DNA of 64,000 nucleotides. Source: Sphingobacterium sp. GTDB taxonomy: Bacteria; Bacteroidota; Bacteroidia; Sphingobacteriales; Sphingobacteriaceae. Shown here piece after piece: positions 9,658 through 18,344 of this stretch. Position numbers and translations under genes: made by a program. The stretch covers positions 125,946-189,945 of the forward strand of contig NZ_JBCNKE010000008.1 of the NCBI RefSeq assembly GCF_039596235.1, given 5' to 3'. Below the pieces are notes generated by a model. It had not been told where the DNA came from and did no database searches. It was given only the letters and a program-made list of their open reading frames with translations. The first letter of the stretch is position 1. Each line of letters opens with the position of its first letter.

Positions 9658-10551
9658 ATGAATATTAATTTTTTCTTAAACTTAGTTATTCTGTTGTTAT
9701 TGTTGATTTTACCGGAAATGGTCTTTTCTCAATCAACTGATTTTACCATCCAAGAAGTTAAGTTTAAAAGCCAAGGTGTTACTCTTGCGGGGTCAATTTT
9801 AATGCCTAAAAATCCATTTGCGGCAGTTGTGATTGTTCACGGGTCTGACCCGGTAAAAAGAGAAATCGAGTTTGCAACACGTCTTGCTAAAGAAGGTGTT
9901 GCTGTATTGACCTATGATAAACGTGGAGTTGGACAATCTGAAGGTATATATGTTGGACCGTCTGTTGGTACGAATAATATTGACACAACAAACCTTAATT
10001 TATTATCTAACGATGCAAATGAAGCAGTAAAAACATTTAGAACCTATTTGAAAGAGAAAAAGGTGCCAATTGGTTTAGTCGGGTTTAGTCAGGCAGGATG
10101 GATAATTCCGATTACTGCAAGTAAGAACCAACAGATTGAATTTATGGTATTATTTAGTTGTCCTACGATAACAACTGTAGAACAACTCCGATTTCAGTTT
10201 TATACGAATGGCAATAATAACTTTTGGGAACATCATACAGATGCCGATGCCCGTGAGCATATTAAAAATGACCCAGACAAATATCAATTTGTAGCGACTG
10301 ACCCAAAAATTTCTTTGAATATGCTTTCAGTTCCTGGACTTTGGCTTTTTGGAGAGAAGGATATACAAATTCCCGTAAAGTTGTGTATAGAACAATTAAA
10401 CTCATTTAAAGTACAAGGCAAACCTTTTGAATACACGTTATTTCCAACATTAGGACATGATACTTCTTCGGAAAATATTTCAGAACCCTTCGATATTTCA
10501 GTTCAATGGATAAAGCAGAAAACGTTGAACATGAAACTGTCTAAAAAATGA
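9658..10551 (+). CDS. Secreted alpha/beta hydrolase (peptidase S9/S15-like)
   Basis: Signal peptide, VHGSDP, YDKRGVG, nucleophile GFSQAG, GEKDIQIP, LGH. Confidence 0.85.
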   Translation: MNINFFLNLVILLLLLILPEMVFSQSTDFTIQEVKFKSQGVTLAGSILMPKNPFAAVVIVHGSDPVKREIEFATRLAKEGVAVLTYDKRGVGQSEGIYVGPSVGTNNIDTTNLNLLSNDANEAVKTFRTYLKEKKVPIGLVGFSQAGWIIPITASKNQQIEFMVLFSCPTITTVEQLRFQFYTNGNNNFWEHHTDADAREHIKNDPDKYQFVATDPKISLNMLSVPGLWLFGEKDIQIPVKLCIEQLNSFKVQGKPFEYTLFPTLGHDTSSENISEPFDISVQWIKQKTLNMKLSKK

Positions 10552-10827
10552 AAATAGAGTATTTTAAAGGCTATTCCACAAGCGGGTAATTTCACTATCT
10601 TTCTTTAATGCATAATAGCCATCGGCCAAACGCCCTTCCCTCTTTTTATTATCTTCGCTATCATGATGTCATAGTTTGTTGATACAATGGTTAATGTGTC
10701 GGATCGTATTTTGTATTCTTTTACAATTTCAATTGGTCACCCGGGCTAAAAAAGCTGTTTTTTCTTGACGCAGCGAAGTTCACGTAGTTTGGTATAATAC
10801 TTGTAAGTGTACCCCAAAAAATAAATT

Positions 10828-11262
10828 ATGAGCACATTAAAAATGACTTTTAAGAATTGGATGCTGCTATTGCTTGGAGTAATCGCGGTGGGAATGACGT
10901 CTTGCAGTAAGGAAACCGTTGATAGCATCGGAAGAGATGCCGCATTGAATATAATCCGTACAGGTAATTGGGAACGTTGGACTAAAACTGTTGAAGGTAA
11001 TAGTGTTGCTGAGCTAAATGTGACCCGTGAAATGATGGAGCAGGGAGAGACACTTAATTTTGATAAAGACGGTGCTTGGCATAAGAAAAAAGATAATACT
11101 GCAGTTTCTTACGACTACAGTATGCCTGATGCAAAAACGATGATTTTTGATGGTGTTGAATATAAAATACAAGAAAATATTGTTTCTACAGTCTCCAAGC
11201 TAACATTAGTTAATCAGCAAGGGGCAATTAAAACAACGATGGTAATCAAGAGAAGTTGGTAA
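10828..11262 (+). CDS. Lipoprotein, hypothetical
   Basis: SPII signal with lipobox MTSC followed by SKET; beta-rich mature part; long hairpin at about 11274-11317 after the stop. Confidence 0.75.
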   Translation: MSTLKMTFKNWMLLLLGVIAVGMTSCSKETVDSIGRDAALNIIRTGNWERWTKTVEGNSVAELNVTREMMEQGETLNFDKDGAWHKKKDNTAVSYDYSMPDAKTMIFDGVEYKIQENIVSTVSKLTLVNQQGAIKTTMVIKRSW

Positions 11263-11403
11263 CCTGATCCTAGTTAGATTGTCATGAGGTTTAAATTAAA
11301 CCTCATTGACAATCTAATTTTTCGTCTATACATATCATTTTCACGCTCGTTTTAAAATTATTTATCAATGTGTCAGTGTTTTAAGTGTGTGGGTGAAAAT
11401 AAT

Positions 11404-11434
11404 TTTGAAAACAAAATATTTTAGTGTACTTTTG
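11404..11434 (+). promoter_or_regulatory. Bacteroidota -33/-7 promoter of tRNA-Pro copy 2
   Basis: TTTG (11404-11407), 19-nt spacer, TACTTTTG (11427-11434). Confidence 0.85.
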
Positions 11435-11463
11435 TGCCACACAAAACAAAGGTGATACCTTTT

Positions 11464-11537
11464 CGGGGTGTAGCGTAGCCCGGTATCGCGCCACATTTGG
11501 GATGTGGAGGTCGTAGGTTCGAATCCTGCCACCCCGA
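11464..11537 (+). tRNA. tRNA-Pro(TGG), copy 2, identical to copy 1
   Basis: Same 74-nt sequence as 9038-9111. Confidence 0.97.
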
Positions 11538-11538
11538 C

Positions 11539-11790
11539 AAAAAAGCTCGACGAAAGTCGGGCTTTTTTTGTTTCTAGGCAGGATGAGAACCTAGGGCCTA
11601 TTCAGGAGCTGCGAGGTTCGACCCAAAGGGGGCTCAGGGCAGAGTCTGAGGCATGCGCGGCTGAGCCAATCCTACCACCCCGACAATAAAGCTCGACGAA
11701 AGTCGGGCTTTTTTTGTTTCTAGGTATGATGAGAACCTACGACCTATTAAGGAGCTGTGAGGTTCGATCCGAAGGAGGCTCAGTAAGCCG
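11539..11790 (+). repeat. Tandem tRNA-linked repeat units (146-bp period), each starting with a terminator hairpin
   Basis: The tRNA 3' end AATCCTGCCACCCCGAC (11522-11538) recurs as AATCCTACCACCCCGAC (11668-11684); the hairpin GCTCGAC-GAAA-GTCGGGC plus T tract occurs twice. Confidence 0.92.
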
Positions 11791-11872
11791 AACTATATAT
11801 TTCTTGGACTCTGCACATTGTTAATCGTAAAAGAGCGCCTCAGCCTATGTGTATCTTTACGTTACAAAGGTG

Positions 11873-11892
11873 CCATCTTATAAGATGGGACG
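11873..11892. promoter_or_regulatory. Candidate operator palindrome CCATCTTATAAGATGG(GACG), site 1
   Basis: Perfect 16-bp palindrome upstream of the AraC pair; related sites at 14602 and 35465. Confidence 0.55.
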
Positions 11893-12100
11893 ATGCGCGC
11901 GCGAGGTTTACGCAATTTTGAAAGCAGTCTCAATAAAATCGCAATCTATTGGCCTTGGTTTTATGCGAAGATTTCGATTTGATAAATAACAGAAAAGAGA
12001 GTATATTGCTGATGTCCAATGTTTGTAAAAATGACTTTTAGAAAATAGGTGCAGACTCAGAATCAGCTGCTTAATTACAATTTATGCTAACTAATTCCCT

Positions 12101-13261
12101 ATGACCTCAATCTGGCATATCATTTATATCGGTGGTGTCTTTATGGCCCTGTTTCTTTTTATTCTGTTAATCAGCAAACCAAAGAAAAGTGCTGCGGATA
12201 AGATTTTGAGCACCTGGCTTTTCTTCGCTTTTTTTGATCTGATTTTAGTTGGCCTGTACGGATCCGGAGAAATTCTAAGTATGCCGAAGCTGTTTGGCTG
12301 GGAAATGCCTTTTCCCTATTTACATGGGCCTTTCTTGTATCTGTATATTTTGTTTGCTACTGGACAGCAGCGGCATACATGGCGTTATCTGCTCCATTTC
12401 CTTCCTGCTGTGATTGTATCAGTTATACTGGCTTTTGTGTTACCGGACGCGGTCGCAGAATATAAAGGGAAATATTACATGTTGCGGGAATATGATACTT
12501 TCATTTGGATTATGATGTTGGGTTTTATGATCTCGGGGATCGTATATATAATCCTTTCACTAATGTTGTTGCGTCGGCATAGAAAGAATATTGTCGGACA
12601 ATTTTCCAATACGGAAAAAATTACCCTCAACTGGATGCGCTATCTTATTTTCGGTATTAGTGCAATCTGGGTCGTCGTCATTATCGAGGGGAGCCCAGAG
12701 CTATTTTTTGTGGTCATCACGTTGTTCATTTTTTTCTTCGGTTATTTTGGTGTACAGCAGGTAGGAATTTTTTCCCATGCGTCATCGGTACATGAGGTGG
12801 TACCGCTGCGGGAACTGGAATCAGTGGATGAAATACAGTATGACGAGGCCGCCCAAGAGTCTGCTGACAAAGTCAAATATGAAAAGACGAGGCTGGAGGA
12901 ATCTGAAGCTTCGCTCATTCATGGAAAATTGGATGCCCTGATGAAGGAGCAAAAATGCTATCAGGATCCCGAATTAACTTTGGGAGACTTAGCCAAGATA
13001 CTAGAGGTGCATCCCGTTATACTTTCACAGGTCATCAATTCCAGAGAACAAAAGTCCTTTTATGATTATGTCAATACCTATAGGGTAGAGACCTTTAAGG
13101 AATTGTTGTTACGACCTGACAGCAGGCAATATACGATGCTGTCATTGGCCTTCGAGTGCGGCTTCAACTCGAAGACCAGTTTCAATCGAAACTTTAAGAA
13201 GATTACACAGATGTCCCCCAGCGCCTATGCAAAAGGGATCGATGTTCAATTGAAAGCATAA
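12101..13261 (+). CDS. Membrane-anchored AraC-family regulator 1
   Basis: About 7 hydrophobic N-terminal segments; C-terminal AraC HTH (LTLGDLAK, LSQVIN, LAFECGFNSKTSFNRNFKK). Confidence 0.92.
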   Translation: MTSIWHIIYIGGVFMALFLFILLISKPKKSAADKILSTWLFFAFFDLILVGLYGSGEILSMPKLFGWEMPFPYLHGPFLYLYILFATGQQRHTWRYLLHFLPAVIVSVILAFVLPDAVAEYKGKYYMLREYDTFIWIMMLGFMISGIVYIILSLMLLRRHRKNIVGQFSNTEKITLNWMRYLIFGISAIWVVVIIEGSPELFFVVITLFIFFFGYFGVQQVGIFSHASSVHEVVPLRELESVDEIQYDEAAQESADKVKYEKTRLEESEASLIHGKLDALMKEQKCYQDPELTLGDLAKILEVHPVILSQVINSREQKSFYDYVNTYRVETFKELLLRPDSRQYTMLSLAFECGFNSKTSFNRNFKKITQMSPSAYAKGIDVQLKA

Positions 13262-13350
13262 AAGCTGGACAAGGTCAAAAAGATTAACAATATGCTAGCA
13301 GCTGAGCTTTCAATTGTGCTTGTTAGCCTTATTTTTTTAGCTATCTGACT

Positions 13351-14508
13351 ATGATATTAGCTTGGCAGATTATTTATATCGGGGGACTGTCTATTGCGCT
13401 CTTTTTGTGCATTATGATTGTCAGTAAACGTAAAAAGACAATGGCTGATCGGATTTTATGTGCATGGTTCCTTTTCGCATGTATCCATTTGGCTTTTATA
13501 GGCTGGTACGCTTCGGGCTTAGCTCTCAAAAATCCGCAGTTCATTTTGTGGCAGTTGCCATTTCCATTTTTACATGGGCCTTTCCTTTATTTATACATTT
13601 TATTTTTGAGCGCACAGCAGCGTTACCGATGGCGTTATTTAATCCATTTTATCCCAGCGGTTGTCGTCCTTATGATATTAACTTTTGTGCTTCCAGATGT
13701 ATTTGTAAGGACGCAGAGCGAAATAAAGATATTGCCGCAATTTGAAGCTTTTTTCCAAATCCTAGTCGTAGCAATCATACTTTCTGGTCTGACCTACGTT
13801 GTCCTGTCGCTTCGGCTGCTGCATGCGCATCGCCGGAACATAATTGGTCAGCTGTCGAATACCGACCGCATTACACTAAACTGGATCCGGTATCTAATCT
13901 TGGGAATGAGTGCAATATGGGTAGTTGTCATTTTCTCCGATTCGCCACAGACATTATACACCGTTGTTGCCCTTTTTATTTTTTTTATCGGTTATTTTGG
14001 AATCCGTCAGGTAGGTGTCTTCTCAAATTTATCCGCAGCACATGAAATATACGCTCCAAGCTTACTAAAGCAAAGCTGGCAAGACGTCGATCAAGCAATA
14101 CCAGCTGAAAAATTGAAATATGAAAAAACGAGACTGAATGAATCAGTTGCTTCGCTCATCCATGGGAAACTGAACGTTCTGATGAAGGAGCAAAAATGTT
14201 ATCAGGATCCAGAGCTAACTTTGGGTGATTTAGCTAAAAGATTGGAACTGCATCCGGTCATACTGTCGCAGGTAATTAACTCAAAGGAAGGGAAATCCTT
14301 TTACGATTATGTGAATAGCCATCGGGTGGAGGCCTTTAAGGAACTGTTGTTGGATCCCAAAAGTCAGCAGTTTACTTTGCTGTCGCTAGCCTTTGACTGT
14401 GGTTTTAATTCGAAGACCAGCTTCAACCGGAATTTTAAGAAGATTACCCATATGTCTCCCAGTGCCTATGCAAAATCACGCCAGATCACGTTTAAATCAC
14501 TAGATTGA
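13351..14508 (+). CDS. Membrane-anchored AraC-family regulator 2 (paralog of regulator 1)
   Basis: Same architecture; HTH nearly identical to regulator 1. Confidence 0.92.
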   Translation: MILAWQIIYIGGLSIALFLCIMIVSKRKKTMADRILCAWFLFACIHLAFIGWYASGLALKNPQFILWQLPFPFLHGPFLYLYILFLSAQQRYRWRYLIHFIPAVVVLMILTFVLPDVFVRTQSEIKILPQFEAFFQILVVAIILSGLTYVVLSLRLLHAHRRNIIGQLSNTDRITLNWIRYLILGMSAIWVVVIFSDSPQTLYTVVALFIFFIGYFGIRQVGVFSNLSAAHEIYAPSLLKQSWQDVDQAIPAEKLKYEKTRLNESVASLIHGKLNVLMKEQKCYQDPELTLGDLAKRLELHPVILSQVINSKEGKSFYDYVNSHRVEAFKELLLDPKSQQFTLLSLAFDCGFNSKTSFNRNFKKITHMSPSAYAKSRQITFKSLD

Positions 14509-14601
14509 ATAACCGCAGATCTTTGAGTAAACTGTTCATCTTCATGCGCTTTATCGTCTTATCATTTATTTGAAATATTCATTGCCATCAAAAAAAGGTT
14601 T

Positions 14602-14620
14602 CACCTTATAAGATGGAGCG
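14602..14620. promoter_or_regulatory. Candidate operator CACCTTATAAGATGGAGCG, site 2
   Basis: Near-palindrome about 125 bp upstream of the lipoprotein ATG at 14745. Confidence 0.55.
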
Positions 14621-14744
14621 TCTGACAAAAGTGGCTTCTCTATTTTTGGATACTCATCTGTATGGTAGAAGAAATTCTGCTGTTCAGGTGAGCGGAGGAA
14701 ACTCTCCGAAAGACACTAATCATATTAAAATTAAAAAACAGAAC

Positions 14745-15170
14745 ATGAAAAATCGAATTATTAAAAGTGGTGTAAAGACAGGTATATTAGTAATTGCCTT
14801 TTTGAGTTTTGCAGTCGGCTGTTCTAAGGATGATGGCGATGCGCCCAAACCAGTGGGTGATATTCAAGCAGCTATCGGGACGTTTAAAGGAACTATTCGT
14901 GTAGCGGAGCGGGATTACTACAATGCCATAGTCATGGTAACAAAAGAAAGTGACGACCGTGTTAAAGTCGCTGCCAAATCTGGTGAGGCATATAGCGCTG
15001 TGACGCCTAAAATATTTAAAGTGCAGAATATTTCCAATGTTCATATCTCTTCTTCGGGAGGACCATCTGGTTCATTTACCTATATTCTGGATAGTAAATC
15101 CGTTGTTGTTTCAACGGAAAAAGAAGCAGCGACCGAAGTCAGCTTTTATTTTGAAGGTACAAAACAGTAG
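14745..15170 (+). CDS. Small lipoprotein (start reassigned to ATG 14745)
   Basis: MKNRIIK...FAVGC-SKDD lipobox; paralog of 27457-27867; terminator-like hairpin AATCAGCTG..CAGCTGATT at about 15231-15268. Confidence 0.8.
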   Translation: MKNRIIKSGVKTGILVIAFLSFAVGCSKDDGDAPKPVGDIQAAIGTFKGTIRVAERDYYNAIVMVTKESDDRVKVAAKSGEAYSAVTPKIFKVQNISNVHISSSGGPSGSFTYILDSKSVVVSTEKEAATEVSFYFEGTKQ

Positions 15171-15458
15171 TAACACATAGTTCGGTATAGCACAGAACAG
15201 CTTACTGCATAGAAATTAATTAATATATCCAATCAGCTGTGGCTCGGCTCAGCTGATTTGTTTTTTATAGACATCAATGGATGCTTACTTCCTCTTCGGC
15301 TTTGTTGACCTCCAGTATAGGCTTTCTTTTCGTTTTGTCCCTAGGTTTAATGTCAGTGTAGCCTTAGCCTTTTTTAACATGAGATCCCTTGGATAACAGC
15401 GTCGAAACAGTTAAATTGCTGGAAATTTATTGTCAATTAGAATATAAACATAAATAAT

Positions 15459-16439
15459 ATGAAAAGAAAAGCGGCATTTCTTTTGGGGCTTTTGGCCTCC
15501 GCTGCGCTTCCGCAGGCAACTTTCGCTAAAGATTCAATGATGGAATCAATTGTCCAGAACCAGGAGATTGATGGAAAGGAACTAATTGGGCGATGGGATA
15601 TAGAGGTTGACATTAATGGTACGCCTGCACCTTCATGGCTTGAGGTAAAATTGTCAGGTTACAAGACCTTAGTAGGTCACTATGTGAGTACTTCGGGGAG
15701 TGCAAGACCTGTTTCACAGGTTTTTTATGAAAACGGAAAGTTTAAATTTGCGATACCTCCACAATGGGAGAGCGGAAAGATGAATTTAAGTGTGGAAGGA
15801 GAGATTCAAAATGGAACATTGCAGGGCACAATAACAGAGCCTGATGGGAAAACACACCGCTTTAAAGGTGTACGTGCACCAGAATTAAAAAGAACAGCTG
15901 CCGTTAAATGGGGAAAACCGATTCAGCTTTTTAATGGAAAGGATCTATCGGGGTGGAAAGCTACTGGCAAAACAAACCAATGGGTTGTGAAAAATGGTAT
16001 ACTAACCAGCCCTCAATCAGGATCTAATCTTGTTTCCGAACAGAAGTTTGAAGATTTTAAATTGCATGTGGAGTTCAAAATCCCAGCCGGAAGTAATAGT
16101 GGAGTTTATCTAAGAGGTCGTTATGAAGTACAGATTGAGGATAGCCCGAAAGAAGCGCATCCGAATGCAGTGCTGTTTGCTGGTGTATACGGTTTTCTTG
16201 CCGCAAATGAGATGGTGAACAAAGGAGCCGGAGAATGGCAGACATATGATATCACATTGGTCGGGCGTCTAGTGACAGTTGTGGCCAATGGTAAAACAGT
16301 GATTAGCAACCAAGAGATTCCTGGTATCACTGGAGGAGCCTTGGACAGTAGAGAAGCTGAACCAGGCCCGATCTATTTTCAAGGCGACCATGGACCCGTT
16401 GAGTTTCGAAAGGTGATCATTACGCCAGCCATTAAATAA
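15459..16439 (+). CDS. DUF1080 / 3-keto-disaccharide hydrolase family protein, secreted
   Basis: LFNGKDLSGW, FEDFKLHVEF, GSNSGVYLRGRYEVQI, GEWQTYDI, IYFQGDHGPVEFR. Confidence 0.88.
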   Translation: MKRKAAFLLGLLASAALPQATFAKDSMMESIVQNQEIDGKELIGRWDIEVDINGTPAPSWLEVKLSGYKTLVGHYVSTSGSARPVSQVFYENGKFKFAIPPQWESGKMNLSVEGEIQNGTLQGTITEPDGKTHRFKGVRAPELKRTAAVKWGKPIQLFNGKDLSGWKATGKTNQWVVKNGILTSPQSGSNLVSEQKFEDFKLHVEFKIPAGSNSGVYLRGRYEVQIEDSPKEAHPNAVLFAGVYGFLAANEMVNKGAGEWQTYDITLVGRLVTVVANGKTVISNQEIPGITGGALDSREAEPGPIYFQGDHGPVEFRKVIITPAIK

Positions 16440-16548
16440 GGGCAACATATATATATTAGAAGAGACTATCTTTTTGATGCGTACCTTAAAAGTTTAACAA
16501 AGTTAGAATTTAACTTTTCTGGAGCAGTCTATCGATGGGTAGTCTCTT

Positions 16549-16842
16549 TTAGATACCGATTACCACAACTACAATGTCTTCATTTTGGTATGAAGTATAG
16601 TACCGGTCTATTGAACCATTCTCCTTGTATTCTTGAAGCTCTTTAAATATTAGTTTTTTTAAGACACCTTTTCCCTTTCCGTGAATAAACTTGATTTCGT
16701 TCATTTCCCAATAAATAGCTGCATCCAGGTTGGATCTTAAGAAATCAATGGATTCTAGCATAAGTTCGTCGGCGGAATAGTCTTCCCAATCTTCAAGGAA
16801 TGCATTTGCATGTAGATCGACTATTGCGGGTGGTTTGCGCAT
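16549..16842 (-). CDS. Stand-alone Smr/MutS2 domain protein
   Basis: VDLHA and FIHGKGKGVLK motifs; TACATTTG promoter element at 16865-16872. Confidence 0.85.
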   Translation of the reverse strand: MRKPPAIVDLHANAFLEDWEDYSADELMLESIDFLRSNLDAAIYWEMNEIKFIHGKGKGVLKKLIFKELQEYKENGSIDRYYTSYQNEDIVVVVIGI

Positions 16843-16887
16843 GATTCAATATTTTACAGTGCCGCAAATGTAAAACAAAACAATGAC

Positions 16888-17307
16888 TTAATAGCTGAGG
16901 TCAGCCAGGAAATAGACAGCATCGGCAAATTTTTCATACCATTTTTTTATAATGGCGGCAATTTCATATTCTTCCTCTTCGGCATGAGTAAGCATTAATA
17001 GTTCGACCGCATCTAGTAATTGTTTGTGATCAAGAAATAAACCATCATAATCACGGTAGGCTGAGACGGTTTCTTGAATAAGCAGTAGACTATCGTAGCG
17101 GATCAGCATCATGGTATGGCGGGAAGAAATGCGATCTATTAGCCATTCTTTTTTGAAATCAGAAGCGATATGCCGATCACATGCTTGGTTAAACAATATT
17201 TCGAATTCAACAATCTGACTTTTTAGACCATGTATAGCGGATTGGAGTTCCTCAAAAGTACTTATAATCCGTTCCTGTGTCTCCATATTTCTTGATATAA
17301 TCGCCAT
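16888..17307 (-). CDS. Hypothetical helical protein with UVR-like C-terminal motif
   Basis: 139-aa ORF; AEEEEYEIAAIIKK resembles the UvrB/C motif. Confidence 0.6.
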   Translation of the reverse strand: MAIISRNMETQERIISTFEELQSAIHGLKSQIVEFEILFNQACDRHIASDFKKEWLIDRISSRHTMMLIRYDSLLLIQETVSAYRDYDGLFLDHKQLLDAVELLMLTHAEEEEYEIAAIIKKWYEKFADAVYFLADLSY

Positions 17308-17579
17308 GATATTTTACTTAAAGTTTATACAGTGTTGGTTATTAATGTTTTAAATAAAAGCATGTAAGGTATATACAAATGGTTTGGAGAAATGTTTTCC
17401 TATTTATAAATAATAATAGACGGCTGACCTAGAGGATGCTGCCTGATATTAGGTGGAATCTATCAGTTGGAGTTTGTTCCGGAAAAATAGTTTTTGCTTC
17501 CTCAGTATGAGAAAATAGGTAATCTGCTTTTTTTTTACGTTATTCGCATTGCATAAAATCGCATTTAAAATTGAATTGA

Positions 17580-18326
17580 ATGAAGGAGAAAGCAATCGGA
17601 AATTATCAATTAGAAATTTGTTCCAATTCAGTCGCTTCGGCGATCGAGGCTCAAAAAGGCGGAGCAACACGTGTTGAATTTTGTCAAAACTTGGAGAACG
17701 GTGGAACAACACCTTCTTTTGGCCAATTGAAGTTGGTGCGTGAACTTGTACATATTGGTATTCACGTATTGATTCGGCCACGGGGGGGAGATTTTCTATA
17801 TACCGAAGAAGAAGTATTGGAAATGATCGCAGATATTGAGTTATGTAAGGAATTAGGAATGGATGGAGTTGTTATCGGTGCATTGAATGCAGATGGTACC
17901 GTGGATAAGGTCAATACGAAGCGTTTAGTTGATGCTGCACGGCCTATGCATGTGACTTTCCATCGTGCTTTTGATCGCGTTGAAGATCCTTTTACTGCAT
18001 TGGAAGATGTCATTGCTTTAGGCATAGACCGCATACTTACTTCCGGTTTGAGAAATTCAGCTTTATCGGGAGTATCGATACTGCAGCAATTGATCAAGCA
18101 GGCTGCTGGACGTATTGTGATTATGCCGGGGGCGGGTGTGGATGCTTCCAATATCAGGACAATTTTGGAAGAAACAGGCGCTATTGCTATACACAGTTCA
18201 GCAAAAGAAAGCCAAGCTTCAAAGATGCAGTTTTCGCAGGATCAGGTCAAAGGAATGGATGAACCACAGTGGGTAAGCTCAAAAGAAAAAGTCCACCAAA
18301 TGGTAGACTTATTAAAAAGCCTTTAA
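17580..18326 (+). CDS. cutC: Copper homeostasis protein CutC
   Basis: LEIC, GGATRVE, GGTTPSFG, IRPRGGDF, TFHRAFD, RILTSG. Confidence 0.93.
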   Translation: MKEKAIGNYQLEICSNSVASAIEAQKGGATRVEFCQNLENGGTTPSFGQLKLVRELVHIGIHVLIRPRGGDFLYTEEEVLEMIADIELCKELGMDGVVIGALNADGTVDKVNTKRLVDAARPMHVTFHRAFDRVEDPFTALEDVIALGIDRILTSGLRNSALSGVSILQQLIKQAAGRIVIMPGAGVDASNIRTILEETGAIAIHSSAKESQASKMQFSQDQVKGMDEPQWVSSKEKVHQMVDLLKSL

Positions 18327-18344
18327 AGTATAACTTTAAAGGCT
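18318..18344. terminator. Perfect 11-bp hairpin at the cutC stop
   Basis: AGCCTTTAAAG-tataa-CTTTAAAGGCT. Confidence 0.6.

Noticed and set aside
11504-11689. 61-aa ORF MEVVGSNPATPTKK
   Set aside because: It is a translation of the tRNA-Pro 3' half and the repeat, a typical spurious ORF.
9038-11790. CRISPR array or prophage/ICE att site interpretation of the repeats
   Set aside because: The units are 146 bp, tRNA-derived and lack unique spacers. There are no cas, integrase or phage genes, and the whole tRNA plus promoter is duplicated.
14613-14744. N-terminal extension of the lipoprotein ORF
   Set aside because: The ATG at 14613 lies inside the candidate operator, and the signal peptide fits a start at 14745.
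17449-17781. 110-aa minus-strand ORF
   Set aside because: It overlaps cutC in antisense and has no recognisable features.
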